A stretch of DNA of 64,000 nt from an uncultured Candidatus Saccharibacteria bacterium (GCA_964634305.1 CAZWLE010000004.1:35059-99058), one strand, 5' to 3'; numbered from the stretch's first letter, positions 16,746-26,790 are shown. A program made the numbers and translations. The notes: generated by a model from the sequence alone, not told the origin.

Positions 16746-17219
16746 CTAAGAGAGACGGTCGGCGAGCGCTGCAATACCGACCGCTATAGCGTCCAGCTCG
16801 TCGTCTCGACGACGCTCTTTAGGGGGAAGTGCGATGAGTTTTGGCAGCATACGCGCTATTGCCGCCTTGTCCGCGCGTCCGTCTCCCGTAACGGCAAGCT
16901 TTACGGTGCCTGGTGCGTACTCTCGAACCGATAGTCCTGCAGCACCTGCGACGGAAAGTGCTGCGCCACGTGCTTCAGCCACGCCCATAGCGGTCTTTTT
17001 ATTAGTACTAAAGAAGAGCGTCTCAAGTGCGAAGCGGTCCGGTGCGTAGTCGCGTATGGCCTTCGTGATTGCCTCAGACACCGCTGCAAGACGCATTTCC
17101 TTATCTCCCTTTGGCGGTTCAACACATTCACTCCAGACAAGCGTTGGTCGTGATGCGTCACCTTCTAGTACCGCAATACCTAAGCGATCAAACCCTGGGT
17201 CAATCGCCAATATTCTCAT
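16746..17219 (-). CDS. ruvC: Holliday junction resolvase RuvC
   Basis: The segment MRILAIDPGFDRLGIAVLEG matches RuvC. Start was taken at the internal Met, giving 158 aa. The track ORF is over-extended to 17399. Confidence 0.8.
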   Translation of the reverse strand: MRILAIDPGFDRLGIAVLEGDASRPTLVWSECVEPPKGDKEMRLAAVSEAITKAIRDYAPDRFALETLFFSTNKKTAMGVAEARGAALSVAGAAGLSVREYAPGTVKLAVTGDGRADKAAIARMLPKLIALPPKERRRDDELDAIAVGIAALADRLS

Positions 17220-17757
17220 AGCCCTCAGCGTTCGAGTACACATCCTGCGTGTCCTCATATTCATCGAGGACGGTAAGAAGGTCGACGAGCTTTGTTTCGT
17301 CGTCACCTGTGACTTCGGTAAGCGGAGGATTAGCAGTGTAGCGACCGTCCGGAGACTTAGTGAATGCCCACGCAGCGCTTCCGGGAACGCCAAGCTCATA
17401 GCCTTGCTTAGACATGAGGTGCTTTAGCTCCTGTGTCGTACGGTTTCGACTATCAGTAACGGCAGAAACAATAATCGCGACGCCGCCTGGTCCAAAGAGT
17501 TCGTAGGCAACTTGCTCAAGTGCGCCACCGTCTTTTGATGAGCCTTTTGCAAGCGCGCGGTCGATATTGTCTTTAGGCATGTTTGCCGCCTTCGCGCGCG
17601 TAATGACCGCGACAAGACTCGGGGAAGAGAGATTCCCAGCTGCCTTCTTTGCTTCTAGTGCAATCTCTTTCGCAAACTTCGAGAACACCCGGCTACGCGC
17701 AGCGTCGGTAACTGCCTTCTGTCGCTTTATCTGTGCCCACTTGCTGTGACCTGCCAT
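17200..17757 (-). CDS. yebC: YebC/PmpR family transcriptional regulator
   Basis: The N-terminus MAGHSKWAQIKRQKAVTDAARSRVFSKFAKEI is the canonical YebC start. The gene overlaps the ruvC start by 20 nt. Confidence 0.85.
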   Translation of the reverse strand: MAGHSKWAQIKRQKAVTDAARSRVFSKFAKEIALEAKKAAGNLSSPSLVAVITRAKAANMPKDNIDRALAKGSSKDGGALEQVAYELFGPGGVAIIVSAVTDSRNRTTQELKHLMSKQGYELGVPGSAAWAFTKSPDGRYTANPPLTEVTGDDETKLVDLLTVLDEYEDTQDVYSNAEGYENIGD

Positions 17758-17830
17758 GGCGCCACTATACTTGGAAAAACAGAGGAGGCGAAGTACGATG
17801 CTCCTCTAACCAGGCTAGGGAGTACAGACA

Positions 17831-18223
17831 TTGGCCCGATTAGTAAAAAATGCGTTCGATACACCTCAGTCGTGTCACGAACGCAGTCGAGTGTTTGCCA
17901 TGGGGTTTCGGGCGAGCATCCAAGGTCCCGAGGCAGCGTCATTCATGCGGAACTTCCACAGTGCCTCAAAAGAAGTGGCGCGCCTCATCGGCGATGAGTT
18001 CATGAACCTTCTCGATGACGAGGCGGAGCGCGACTTCATCGCAGGTCGACTGAAGTATGTTGCTGCGGACCTTCACATCCTTGATGGGTGTGCAAAGGCG
18101 GCGACTACGACTGACGGTCGCTGTCGTCGTATGGGGCTCGAGTGCATGGCAATCGTGCACGCTGAGCTCCAGGCGCTCCAGTCCACGCTCAGCTTGCTGC
18201 TTCCTAAGCAGGATGCGGCATAA
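17831..18223 (+). CDS. Hypothetical protein on the opposite strand between yebC and ruvB
   Basis: The ORF is 130 aa. A strong hairpin terminator directly follows it at 18228-18266. Confidence 0.35.
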   Translation: MARLVKNAFDTPQSCHERSRVFAMGFRASIQGPEAASFMRNFHSASKEVARLIGDEFMNLLDDEAERDFIAGRLKYVAADLHILDGCAKAATTTDGRCRRMGLECMAIVHAELQALQSTLSLLLPKQDAA

Positions 18224-18227
18224 GAAC

Positions 18228-18266
18228 AGTGCCGACCGCGTTAGCGGTCGGCACTAGCTTTTTATA
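18228..18266. terminator. Bidirectional rho-independent terminator
   Basis: The structure is AGTGCCGACCGC-GTTA-GCGGTCGGCACT followed by AGCTTTTTATA. It overlaps the ruvB stop codon. Confidence 0.6.
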
Positions 18267-19234
18267 TAGTTCCGGCCTTTCTCAGTAATGATGCGCCCAC
18301 GTGGAGAACGTTCGATAAACCCAAGACGAAGAAGATACGGCTCATACACATTCTCAACCGTGTCAGGGTCTTCGTGTAGTGCTGAGGCGAGGGCACGGAT
18401 GCCTGTAGGGCCACCACGAAAACCAGTCTCTAACGTTTCAAGATAGCGGCGGTCATCTTTAGTGAGTCCAAGTGGGTCGATACCAAAGAGCTCGCACGCT
18501 TTGTCACATGCTTCTTCGTCTATCGCGCGGTCGTTCACTTCTGCGTAGTCGCGTACGCGTTTAAGGAGTGCGTTTGCGACGCGTGGTGTCGCACGGCTGC
18601 GGCTCGCAATCATACGTACGACATTTGGTTGTACTTCAAGACCAAGCACTCGTGCGCTGCGAGCAACGATAGAGCGCACGTCTTCGTCGGAGTAGAAATC
18701 AAGCTGATATGTGCCACCACCAAATCGAGAACGGAGTGGCCCAGAAATCTGAGCGACGCGCGTCGTTGCGCCAACAAGCGTGAAGCGGGGAAGGGCGAGC
18801 TCAACCGTACGTGCCGATGGTCCTTTCCCAAGCACGATGTCGAGCGCCCCTGATTCAAGCGCGGGATAGAGGAGCTCTTCAATCTTGGTACCCAGACGAT
18901 GTATCTCGTCGATAAAGAGCACTGAGCCTGGCTCAAGGTTCGTCAGTATTGCCGCGAGGTCACCGGCGCGCTCGATAGCCACACCGGACGTTGTCTTAAG
19001 GGGTGCATCAAGCGTTGCGGCAACCAAATGGGCGAGTGTTGTCTTGCCGACACCGGGAGGACCGTAGAAAAGAATGTGTTCTGGCATATCCCCGCGCTTT
19101 TTGGCGGCGTCGAGGGCGACCCGAACGTTCGCTTTGACGTGTCCTTGGCCTACATATTCGTCCCAAATACCTGGTCGAAGCGCCGAGTCGAGGGAGCCGT
19201 CAGGGAAGGAGGGAGGCTGCGAAGCACTTGACAT
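18254..19234 (-). CDS. ruvB: Holliday junction helicase RuvB
   Basis: Walker A is GPPGVGKTTLA and Walker B is LFIDEIHRL. Start was taken at MSSASQPP, giving about 327 aa. The track ORF extends to 19444. Confidence 0.85.
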   Translation of the reverse strand: MSSASQPPSFPDGSLDSALRPGIWDEYVGQGHVKANVRVALDAAKKRGDMPEHILFYGPPGVGKTTLAHLVAATLDAPLKTTSGVAIERAGDLAAILTNLEPGSVLFIDEIHRLGTKIEELLYPALESGALDIVLGKGPSARTVELALPRFTLVGATTRVAQISGPLRSRFGGGTYQLDFYSDEDVRSIVARSARVLGLEVQPNVVRMIASRSRATPRVANALLKRVRDYAEVNDRAIDEEACDKACELFGIDPLGLTKDDRRYLETLETGFRGGPTGIRALASALHEDPDTVENVYEPYLLRLGFIERSPRGRIITEKGRNYIKS

Positions 19235-19436
19235 AAAGAAAGGGTATGCTAGCATTCTATCACACGCACTTTCGAGCGCGTTTTCTTTTTGCTCGCGGAT
19301 AGGACCCTCTAGGCAAGGCTTGACGGCTGAGGGCGACTCCCCAAGGACCGTCCTGGTGCCACCTCCGGGTGGAGTGCTGGGCGTATCCTCAGGCGTGTTG
19401 TTCGGCCTGGAGGGTTCTGTATACGAGCGAAGAAAC

Positions 19437-19467
19437 AAAACCACCGCCCAAAAGGCGGTGGTTTTGT
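19437..19467. terminator. Rho-independent terminator downstream of pilB
   Basis: The structure is AAAACCACCGCC-CAAAA-GGCGGTGGTTTT. Confidence 0.6.
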
Positions 19468-19492
19468 ATGCACTAAGGTGTGTAGGTGCTGT

Positions 19493-21133
19493 TTATAGCT
19501 CGACAACGCGCTTCAATTCATCAAGGGTTGTAACGCCAGCAAGTACTTTGAGGACGCCGTCCTGTGCCATGGTGAGGTACCCCTGACGGAGCACATGCTT
19601 TGCAATATCGCTTTCAGCCGGATTATCACGCAAGAAGGCACCGAGCTCGTCGTCCATGAAAATTGCTTCGTGTACACCGGTGCGTCCTTTGTAGTCGCCC
19701 TCGTAGACGGTGTCGTAGGACGCAGGAAGAAGGGACGTATCGGTACAGGTGCTCATGATGCCTTCCATGAGTTTCTTTTCTTCAGCCGTTGCCTTACGTG
19801 CTTTCTTCGTCTCTGGATTAAGGGTACGTACCAGGCGCTGTGCCATAGCAACGGAGATGGATGACGCAAAGGTTTTTGGATCGACACCGAGGTCAATCAA
19901 CCGAGGGAAGCTACCTGCTGCGTTATTAGTGTGGAGCGTCGAGAATACAAAGTGACCAGTGAGTGCTGCCTGGGTTGCGACCTCAGCCACTTCTTTATCA
20001 CGTATCTCACCAACAAGAATCACATCAGGGTCTTGGCGGAGAATAGAACGAAGACCAGAGGCGAAGGTGTAGTCCTTATGGTCGACCTGGGTCTGCACGA
20101 TGCCTGGAAGGTGATACTCAATTGGGTCTTCAATCGTGACGATTTTGATATCAGGCGTCTGAAGTTCTCGAAGGAAGGTGTAAAGAGTCGTGGTCTTTCC
20201 TGAACCGGTAGGACCGGTCGTGAGCAACATACCGTTTGGCTTACGAATCTCGGTGCGCAACCGCTCCAATAGTTTCGGATTAAACCCAGCCGACTCCGAC
20301 GTGCGATTGATTGCTTCAGGGTCGAGAATACGGAGCACAATCGCTTCACCATAGTTACCGGGAATTACTGAGGTACGTACTTCTACTTCGGTACCTTGTA
20401 CCGCAATCGTGAAGCGACCGTCTTGTGCGCGATTCTCGACGTTCAGCTTCAGTCCGGAAAGAAGCTTCACGCGAGAGTTGAGGGAACGATACGTCTTTGG
20501 GTCAAATACATACGCATCAGTGAGTAGACCATCAAGACGAAGACGCAGTTTTACCGCATGCTCTTCTGGTTCGACATGGATGTCTGAGGCATTCATTGAA
20601 AGTGCCGCCGCAATAATCGATTCAAAGATGCGGGAGACTTGTGCGAGCTTTCCACTTGCGAGCACCTCATCGAGATGTGCCTTCAAACTCTCAAGATTTG
20701 AGAACTCCTGTTCAAGTTCAGCGAGATTTTCACCGGAAATATCAAACACGCCTTCGGCGGAGACGTGCGCATAGGAGAGGTCAGCGTACCGGTCGAGCGC
20801 ATGCTTAAGGCTTTGCGCGGACACCAGATGCTTTTCGAGCGTGAATCCCCGTCCTTCAAGTTCGCTAAGCACGGTAGCAAGTGCAGGGTTCTGTGGGTTA
20901 TGGAGCGCAATCGAGAGTTTCTTTGATGCTTTATCAAACACCGCCATTTCTGCTTCGCGAGCTTTTGCTTCAGGCACAAGACGCAGTGCGTCCATGTTCA
21001 CTGGGGTGAGCGAAAGGTCGGCGTACGCAAGACCATGACGCTTCGAGAGAATTTGTGCGAGGTCTTCCTCTTCCTTAGCGCGGAGCGCGGCAAGCTTGGC
21101 GTTTTCCGCGTCCGTATCAAAATGCGCAGGCAT
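19493..21133 (-). CDS. pilB: Type IV pilus assembly / type II secretion ATPase (GspE/PilB family)
   Basis: Walker A is GPTGSGKTTTLY. The gene has a GspE N-domain, Asp and His boxes, and is 546 aa. Confidence 0.8.
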   Translation of the reverse strand: MPAHFDTDAENAKLAALRAKEEEDLAQILSKRHGLAYADLSLTPVNMDALRLVPEAKAREAEMAVFDKASKKLSIALHNPQNPALATVLSELEGRGFTLEKHLVSAQSLKHALDRYADLSYAHVSAEGVFDISGENLAELEQEFSNLESLKAHLDEVLASGKLAQVSRIFESIIAAALSMNASDIHVEPEEHAVKLRLRLDGLLTDAYVFDPKTYRSLNSRVKLLSGLKLNVENRAQDGRFTIAVQGTEVEVRTSVIPGNYGEAIVLRILDPEAINRTSESAGFNPKLLERLRTEIRKPNGMLLTTGPTGSGKTTTLYTFLRELQTPDIKIVTIEDPIEYHLPGIVQTQVDHKDYTFASGLRSILRQDPDVILVGEIRDKEVAEVATQAALTGHFVFSTLHTNNAAGSFPRLIDLGVDPKTFASSISVAMAQRLVRTLNPETKKARKATAEEKKLMEGIMSTCTDTSLLPASYDTVYEGDYKGRTGVHEAIFMDDELGAFLRDNPAESDIAKHVLRQGYLTMAQDGVLKVLAGVTTLDELKRVVEL

Positions 21134-21189
21134 GCGGGCATGATAGCACCGAGGGAGCGTGCCTTGAGGCAGATTGGTACAATGGAGGT

Positions 21190-21624
21190 ATGGACCGCCT
21201 CATACACAACCTTTCAGAACTTGAGGCAGAAGCCGTGGCACTCCTCGGACGTCTCGCGCCAAAGGCAGAGGGTGCGACCCTCATTACGCTCTCGGGTGAG
21301 CTTGGGGCAGGGAAGACGGCGTTTGCACGCGCCGTTGCCAAAGCGCTGGGTATTGAAGAGAACGTCACGAGCCCTACGTTTGTGCTCGAGAAAATCTACA
21401 AAATAGCGGAGGGCGGCTTTGAGCGTCTCGCACACATTGATGCGTATCGCTTGAAGGACGGCTCAGAACTTGCCGCGCTTGGATTTGATGAGCTCATGAG
21501 TGACCCAAAGACACTCGTGCTCCTTGAGTGGCCAGAACAAGTAGCTGACGGTCTCCCGACTGCAGACGTCGCGCTTCGTCTTGAGCCGCAAGACGACGAG
21601 TCACGCAAACTCACCTATGCCTAA
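21190..21624 (+). CDS. tsaE: tRNA threonylcarbamoyladenosine biosynthesis protein TsaE
   Basis: The P-loop LSGELGAGKTAFARAV and TSPTF motif match TsaE. The ORF is 144 aa. Confidence 0.7.
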   Translation: MDRLIHNLSELEAEAVALLGRLAPKAEGATLITLSGELGAGKTAFARAVAKALGIEENVTSPTFVLEKIYKIAEGGFERLAHIDAYRLKDGSELAALGFDELMSDPKTLVLLEWPEQVADGLPTADVALRLEPQDDESRKLTYA

Positions 21625-24004
21625 GACTCCGAAGAAAACACTGATTCTCCTTGATGCGCACGCGATTATTCATCGTGCGTACCATGCGCTCCCTGACTTC
21701 ACCTCACCAAAAGGAGAGCCAACCGGCGCACTCTATGGTCTCTCGTCGATGCTCCTGCGACTCATTAAAGATTTTGAACCGGACTACATCGCTGCGTGTT
21801 ACGACCTTCCCGGTCCAACCGTGCGTCATGAGGCGTACAAGGAGTACAAAGCAACGAGACAAAAACTCGAAGACGCGCTGACCGTACAGCTCGATTCTTC
21901 TCGGAGGGTATTCGAAGCCTTTTCTATTCCAATCTATGACCGTGCAGGATTTGAGGCGGACGACATTCTCGGCACTATCGTCGAGAAGATGAAAGACGAA
22001 AAGGATATCGATGTCATCATCGCGTCGGGTGACATGGACACGCTCCAGCTCGTCGACGACAAACACGTAAAGGTCTACACTCTCAAAAAGGGCCTCAACG
22101 ACACCATCCTCTATGACGCAAAAGCGGTAGAAGCACGGTGGGGTTTCCCACCGGAACTCATCCCTGACTACAAAGGCCTTCGTGGTGACCCGTCCGACAA
22201 TATAAAAGGAGTGCCAGGCATTGGAGAGAAGACCGCTACCGACCTTATTACCGCCTTCGGGTCTCTTGAGGATATCTACAAAGCACTCAAAAAAGACGAA
22301 CAGAAACTCCTTGATAAGGGAATCAAGGCACGCATCATCGGTCTTCTGAAAGAACACGAGGAAGACGCACGTTTTTCAAAGACGCTCGCTACCATTCGTC
22401 GTGACGCACCGATAGCGTTTCGGGTGTCTGATACGGCATGGAAAGAAAGCGCACCAAAAGACACCGTGCTGCCGCTTTTTGATGAGCTTGGATTCCGTAC
22501 GTTAAAGCCACGTGCGCTCGCATTGTTTGGTGGCATGGACGAAGAGGGAAGCGAGGAAGAGGGAGAAGAAAAAGAACTCGACGATACGCCCATCCCTGCA
22601 CAACGGTTTCGTGAAGCGCAGGTCATGCTCTGGTTGCTGCATTCCGATTTCACCAACCCATCGCTCGATGATGTTCTTGCATACGCAGGCGTGCAGGATT
22701 TTGAAGAGGCGTATACGTATCTTGAATCAAAACTGCCTGAAGCGGGACGCGTGAAAGACGTCTACTACGATATTGAAAAGCCGCTCGTGCCGGTGCTCAT
22801 GGAAATGGAAGAGCATGGCGTGAAGGTAGACCGAAAAGCCATTCTTGGCCTTGAGAAAAAATACCGTAAAGAACTTGAAGCGATTGCGGCGCGCGTCTAC
22901 GAAATGGCAGGGAAGGAGTTCAACATCTCATCGCCTAAGCAGCTTGGCGAAGTATTGTTTGATGACCTTGGTCTTGGGGTGAAAGGACAAAAGAAAACCT
23001 CAACCGGTCAGCGCTCGACGCGTGAAAGCGAACTCGAGAAACTCCGCGACCAGAGCCCCATCATCGACGACATCCTTGAGTACCGTGAGGTACAGAAACT
23101 CCTTGGTACCTATATCGAGGCCATTCCACCGCTTCTTGATGAGGATGACCGGCTGCACGCTGAGTTTATTCAGTCCGGCACTACCACGGGACGCATGGCG
23201 AGTGCCAACCCCAACCTTCAGAACATCCCGATTCGTACCGAGCGCGGAAGAAAGATTCGTGACGCTATTATCGCCTCCGAGGGATTTTCACTCGTTGCGT
23301 TGGATTATTCGCAGATAGAGCTACGTCTTGCGGCGCTGCTTTCAAAGGATGAAAAACTCTGTGACATTTTCAAAAACGGGCGAGATGTTCATACCGAAGT
23401 AGCATCGCGCGTCTTTAAGGTGCCTCCAGAAAAAGTAGATGCCGAGATGCGTCGCCGCGCAAAAGCCATCAACTTCGGCATCCTCTACGGTATGGGCGTG
23501 AACTCGCTGAAGACGTCACTTGGTACCACGATAGGGGAGGCGCATCAGTTCTACGATGAGTATTTCAATACGTTCACGACACTCGCCGCATACCTTGAGT
23601 CGACGAAAGGCTTTGCTCGTAAACACGGATACACCGAAACCTTGTTTGGCCGCCGCCGCCAATTCCCAGAGATGAAATCACCGCTTCCGTATGTGCGTGC
23701 ACAGGCAGAACGCATGGCTATTAATGCGCCGATGCAGGGCACCCAGTCAGACATTATTAAACTCGCCATGGTGAAGATAGAGACGATGCTCAAAGAACGT
23801 GGCGCGCGTGATGATGCGCATCTTTTATTGCAGATACACGACGAGCTCGTCTATGAAATACGCGAAGCACGCGTCAAAGAGCTTGCACCAGAAATTGAGC
23901 GCATCATGGAATCCATTCTGACGACTGAAGAAACAAACGGCGTACCGATAATCGCAGAGGCACGCGTCGGAAAGAACTGGGGCGAGATGCAAAAATTGTC
24001 ATAA
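21617..24004 (+). CDS. polA: DNA polymerase I (5'-3' exonuclease plus polymerase domains)
   Basis: The 5' nuclease N-terminus is LILLDAHAIIHRAYHA. Pol A motifs are DYSQIELR, RRRAKAINFGILYG and QIHDELV. The gene overlaps the tsaE end by 8 nt. Confidence 0.85.
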   Translation: MPKTPKKTLILLDAHAIIHRAYHALPDFTSPKGEPTGALYGLSSMLLRLIKDFEPDYIAACYDLPGPTVRHEAYKEYKATRQKLEDALTVQLDSSRRVFEAFSIPIYDRAGFEADDILGTIVEKMKDEKDIDVIIASGDMDTLQLVDDKHVKVYTLKKGLNDTILYDAKAVEARWGFPPELIPDYKGLRGDPSDNIKGVPGIGEKTATDLITAFGSLEDIYKALKKDEQKLLDKGIKARIIGLLKEHEEDARFSKTLATIRRDAPIAFRVSDTAWKESAPKDTVLPLFDELGFRTLKPRALALFGGMDEEGSEEEGEEKELDDTPIPAQRFREAQVMLWLLHSDFTNPSLDDVLAYAGVQDFEEAYTYLESKLPEAGRVKDVYYDIEKPLVPVLMEMEEHGVKVDRKAILGLEKKYRKELEAIAARVYEMAGKEFNISSPKQLGEVLFDDLGLGVKGQKKTSTGQRSTRESELEKLRDQSPIIDDILEYREVQKLLGTYIEAIPPLLDEDDRLHAEFIQSGTTTGRMASANPNLQNIPIRTERGRKIRDAIIASEGFSLVALDYSQIELRLAALLSKDEKLCDIFKNGRDVHTEVASRVFKVPPEKVDAEMRRRAKAINFGILYGMGVNSLKTSLGTTIGEAHQFYDEYFNTFTTLAAYLESTKGFARKHGYTETLFGRRRQFPEMKSPLPYVRAQAERMAINAPMQGTQSDIIKLAMVKIETMLKERGARDDAHLLLQIHDELVYEIREARVKELAPEIERIMESILTTEETNGVPIIAEARVGKNWGEMQKLS

Positions 24005-24280
24005 CGTATATAGTGCGCTCGGGAGGCTCTCATGGGCGAACTCGTTAACCTTGCGGTTGCACGCAAGAAGAAAGTAGATGCGCAAGCGCTCGTCGTTCAA
24101 CCCACTGTTGTACAGTGGACGCAACGAGACGAAGTGCTCAGCACCATCTTCTGGTGTGGAGTATTCGTTGGCTTCGTCGTGTGCGCGGTAGTTGGCTTCG
24201 TGGTCATCGTGGTTGCGGGATACCGGTTCGTCGAATCGTTGTTTTCGTAGCCTTCATCGACCCGTACGGTCTGACAACGT

Positions 24281-24308
24281 AAAGCGCCCCTTCGGGGGCG
24301 CTTCTTGT
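24281..24308 (+). terminator. Rho-independent terminator after the polA region
   Basis: The structure is AAAGCGCCCC-TTCG-GGGGCGCTTCTT. Confidence 0.55.
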
Positions 24309-24327
24309 ATTTGATACACTGACCGCG

Positions 24328-24981
24328 ATGATATATCTCTTCGCTGGGACCGATGTTGCGAAGACACGCGCAAAAGCGTTCGCGTGGGTGGCGGCTGCAC
24401 GTGCCAAGGCACCTGACGCACCGTATCTCCGTCTCTCTGCCGATGAGATTTCAGAGGAATCTCTTGCAGAAGCCATGGGGTCACAGGGACTCTTCTTTAA
24501 AAAAGCACTCGTATTGCTTGATGACCCGTTTTCAGAGAGTGCTGCCGGAGAAACCGTTATGGCCGTACTTCCTATGCTTGCGGAGAGTGAGAACCCGATA
24601 GCCATTCTTGCGCCAAAGCTTCTTGCGACACGTCAAAAGAAGATTGAAGCAAAAGCGGACAAAGTATTCATACATGACCTTAAGGAGAAAAAACCGGTAC
24701 GCGGATTTAATGGTGCACTCGTGAACGCGCTTGGCGCAAAAGACGGCGCAGCACTTTGGAAAGAGCTACAGAAAGCGTATCGAGAAGGAGACGCTCCAGA
24801 AGCCGTGCATGGTCTCTTACATTGGAAGGCGCGCGACATGATGCAGAAGGGAAGTCCGAAGTGGGGCAAAGACGGTGCGCGAGCACTCTCGGTGTCTCTT
24901 ATCGAACTACTCTCTGATGCACGCAGTGGCGATTTACCACTCAAAGAATCACTTGAGCGATTCGCGCTCTACCTTAAATAA
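24328..24981 (+). CDS. holA: DNA polymerase III delta subunit-like protein (short)
   Basis: The N-terminal pattern IYLFAGTD...LSADEISEESLAEAMGSQGLFFKKALVLLDDP resembles HolA. At 217 aa it is shorter than the canonical protein. Confidence 0.4.
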   Translation: MIYLFAGTDVAKTRAKAFAWVAAARAKAPDAPYLRLSADEISEESLAEAMGSQGLFFKKALVLLDDPFSESAAGETVMAVLPMLAESENPIAILAPKLLATRQKKIEAKADKVFIHDLKEKKPVRGFNGALVNALGAKDGAALWKELQKAYREGDAPEAVHGLLHWKARDMMQKGSPKWGKDGARALSVSLIELLSDARSGDLPLKESLERFALYLK

Positions 24982-25028
24982 CGAGCACCTCTGCTTCGCG
25001 GGGAGGCAGAGGTGCAGGGTAAGGTCGG

Positions 25029-25694
25029 TCAGAGTTCGAGAATCTCGGCGATGGTGTAGCGCCGATGCTCAAGCGTACGACCGTTAAGACGTTCGAGGAG
25101 CTGTTGAGCTCCGTCGACATACGGACCGTCCCCGTTCACTTTCACGTTAATCTCAAGAGAGATGCCGAGATTGCCGCGAAAGGTGAGCCAGTGATAGCCG
25201 TGGCGACGCACCCATGACTCTGGGACACCGCGTGCCACTTGCTCGGGCGGATGCCGCAGGCTGCGTATCTCGTGTGAGAGACCAACAACATCGGCCATCT
25301 TTTGCGCCGTGGCCGGTACTGTCTTTTTAGCCGGCTGATGCGACTCCATAAGCGTCGCCGTCATACCGACACCCTTAAGAGCGGCGGCGAGTGTGGGCAG
25401 CTGCTCAAGCAAGACGGCTACCGGAAGCGCCAGGTTTGTAGCTTCGATGAGTGGGAAGGTGAGCGTTTCTGGTAGACGCCATTCGAGACCGCTCGATGCT
25501 TGAATGAAGGGCGTCCCAGAGGATGCACACCAGTCCATAGCATCAGTAAGGTGCTCTCCACTGCCTGCATGAATAAGCGCCGTGTAAGTGCCCTCAATAT
25601 CTTCGAGTGTAGAAACGTCGACACGTCCGTCAAAGTGAGCCCTGAGGCTTTGGGCAAGTCGACCGGAGCCGACCAGAACTGTGCGAAGGGACAT
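25029..25694 (-). CDS. dapB: Dihydrodipicolinate reductase (DapB)-like NAD(P)-dependent oxidoreductase
   Basis: The N-terminus VLVGSGRLAQSL is a nucleotide-binding loop. ESHQPAKKTVPATAQ resembles the DapB E-HH-K-DAPSGTA motif. Confidence 0.45.
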   Translation of the reverse strand: MSLRTVLVGSGRLAQSLRAHFDGRVDVSTLEDIEGTYTALIHAGSGEHLTDAMDWCASSGTPFIQASSGLEWRLPETLTFPLIEATNLALPVAVLLEQLPTLAAALKGVGMTATLMESHQPAKKTVPATAQKMADVVGLSHEIRSLRHPPEQVARGVPESWVRRHGYHWLTFRGNLGISLEINVKVNGDGPYVDGAQQLLERLNGRTLEHRRYTIAEILEL

Positions 25695-25792
25695 TGCAAT
25701 TCCTCTGCTATTGCGTAGGGAATACTACGTGGTGCCCTCTAACATGCAACTCTCCGTAGAGTTTTTGTCCGTGATTTGCTATCGTCCCTGTA

Positions 25793-25865
25793 CGCGCCCG
25801 TAGCTCAGTCGGTAGAGCAGCTCCCTTTTAAGGAGACGGTCCCTGGTTCGAGCCCAGGCGGGCGC
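25793..25865 (+). tRNA. tRNA-Lys (anticodon TTT)
   Basis: A cloverleaf can be drawn with acceptor GCGCCCG/CGGGCGC, anticodon loop CTTTTAA and T-loop TTCGAGC. Confidence 0.8.
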
Positions 25866-25874
25866 ACCCATTGG

Positions 25875-26771
25875 TTAGTACGAAAGAGAATCGATTACTT
25901 TCCCGTCTGCATCGAGAAGCGTGATGGTCCCGTTACTGCGTGGCCAGAGCTCCTCGCTCTTTCCAAGGAAGATGCGCCAGGTACTGCTGCGGAAGCGGTC
26001 TTCATTGCGGTGCGCCGCGACACAGCCGTTGTAATCAAGATACTCTTCAGCAAAGGCGTGGCATGCTCTCGAAGCGTTATCAGGAAGGTCTGTTTCAGAA
26101 GAGCAGTAGGGAACGGTCTGCACAAAGCGACGACAAACTTCATCATTACCATCGAAGCGACGGTCATATTCTTCCCATGCGGTAGGGCAGCTTTGCGTGA
26201 GTGCCGGACGGAAGTCCTGATTTTCTTCGAGGTATCCCGTGCACTGATTTTCACGAAATGAAATACCTATCGGTGAGCGACCGGTGACGATAATAGCTTG
26301 GTCACCAGGAGCGAGCGTTATAGGAGTGAGGGTGTTTACGCGACCTGACTGAGGAACATCTGCGCCTTGCGGGAAGGACGCGCTGCCAGAAGGACTGACC
26401 AGTTTCCATCCTGCAGTCGAAAGAGAGGTGCCACTTCGTGATGAGTAAGCAATTGTTACATACTCGCTCTTAGGGTCTGAGGCTGATGTACCTGAGATAT
26501 TGCGAGAGACCGTGACTGAGCCTGCATGGGGTGATGCATCTTTTGATGACCCATTACCAAAGAACGACACGCCGCTTGGGTTTACCCCTATCGTGCCGTT
26601 CACGCTTCCATACTGTGACGCATCACCGTACGGTTGCGCCGTTTGTCCGGGACCGGTGATGGGATTCAAGTACGGTCCAGAAAAGGAGATAGGGTTGGTC
26701 GGACCGCCGCCAACAAGCCAGAGAACGAAAAAGAGTCCCAAGATGGCGAGATAACCGACAGGGTGAAGCAT
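25875..26771 (-). CDS. Secreted protein with a lamin-tail-domain-like segment
   Basis: An N-terminal TM/signal is present. EYVTIAYSSRSGTSLSTAGWKL resembles the LTD core. The protein has several Cys. Confidence 0.4.
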   Translation of the reverse strand: MLHPVGYLAILGLFFVLWLVGGGPTNPISFSGPYLNPITGPGQTAQPYGDASQYGSVNGTIGVNPSGVSFFGNGSSKDASPHAGSVTVSRNISGTSASDPKSEYVTIAYSSRSGTSLSTAGWKLVSPSGSASFPQGADVPQSGRVNTLTPITLAPGDQAIIVTGRSPIGISFRENQCTGYLEENQDFRPALTQSCPTAWEEYDRRFDGNDEVCRRFVQTVPYCSSETDLPDNASRACHAFAEEYLDYNGCVAAHRNEDRFRSSTWRIFLGKSEELWPRSNGTITLLDADGKVIDSLSY

Positions 26772-26790
26772 GCGCCCATGATAGCGCGCC

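Noticed and set aside
21704-22357. 217-aa minus-strand ORF inside polA, and similar long antisense ORFs (42579-43361 in the YibE/F gene, 43447-44235 in the SIMPL gene, 50126-50791 in glyA, 60551-61276 in the AI-2E/metG region, 47581-48159 in thyA, 36202-36792 in the 613-aa gene)
   Set aside because: They are fully embedded antisense to genes with strong homology support, as expected in GC-rich DNA with few stop codons. No independent signals were seen.
24032-24250. 72-aa ORF after polA with a hydrophobic segment
   Set aside because: It has no RBS and low-complexity hydrophobic content (VVCAVVGFVVIVVAG). It may be real, since a terminator follows, but the evidence is insufficient and it is left unannotated.
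25776-26261. 161-aa plus-strand ORF
   Set aside because: It overlaps tRNA-Lys and runs antisense to the LTD-like gene, so it is a spurious GC-rich shadow ORF.
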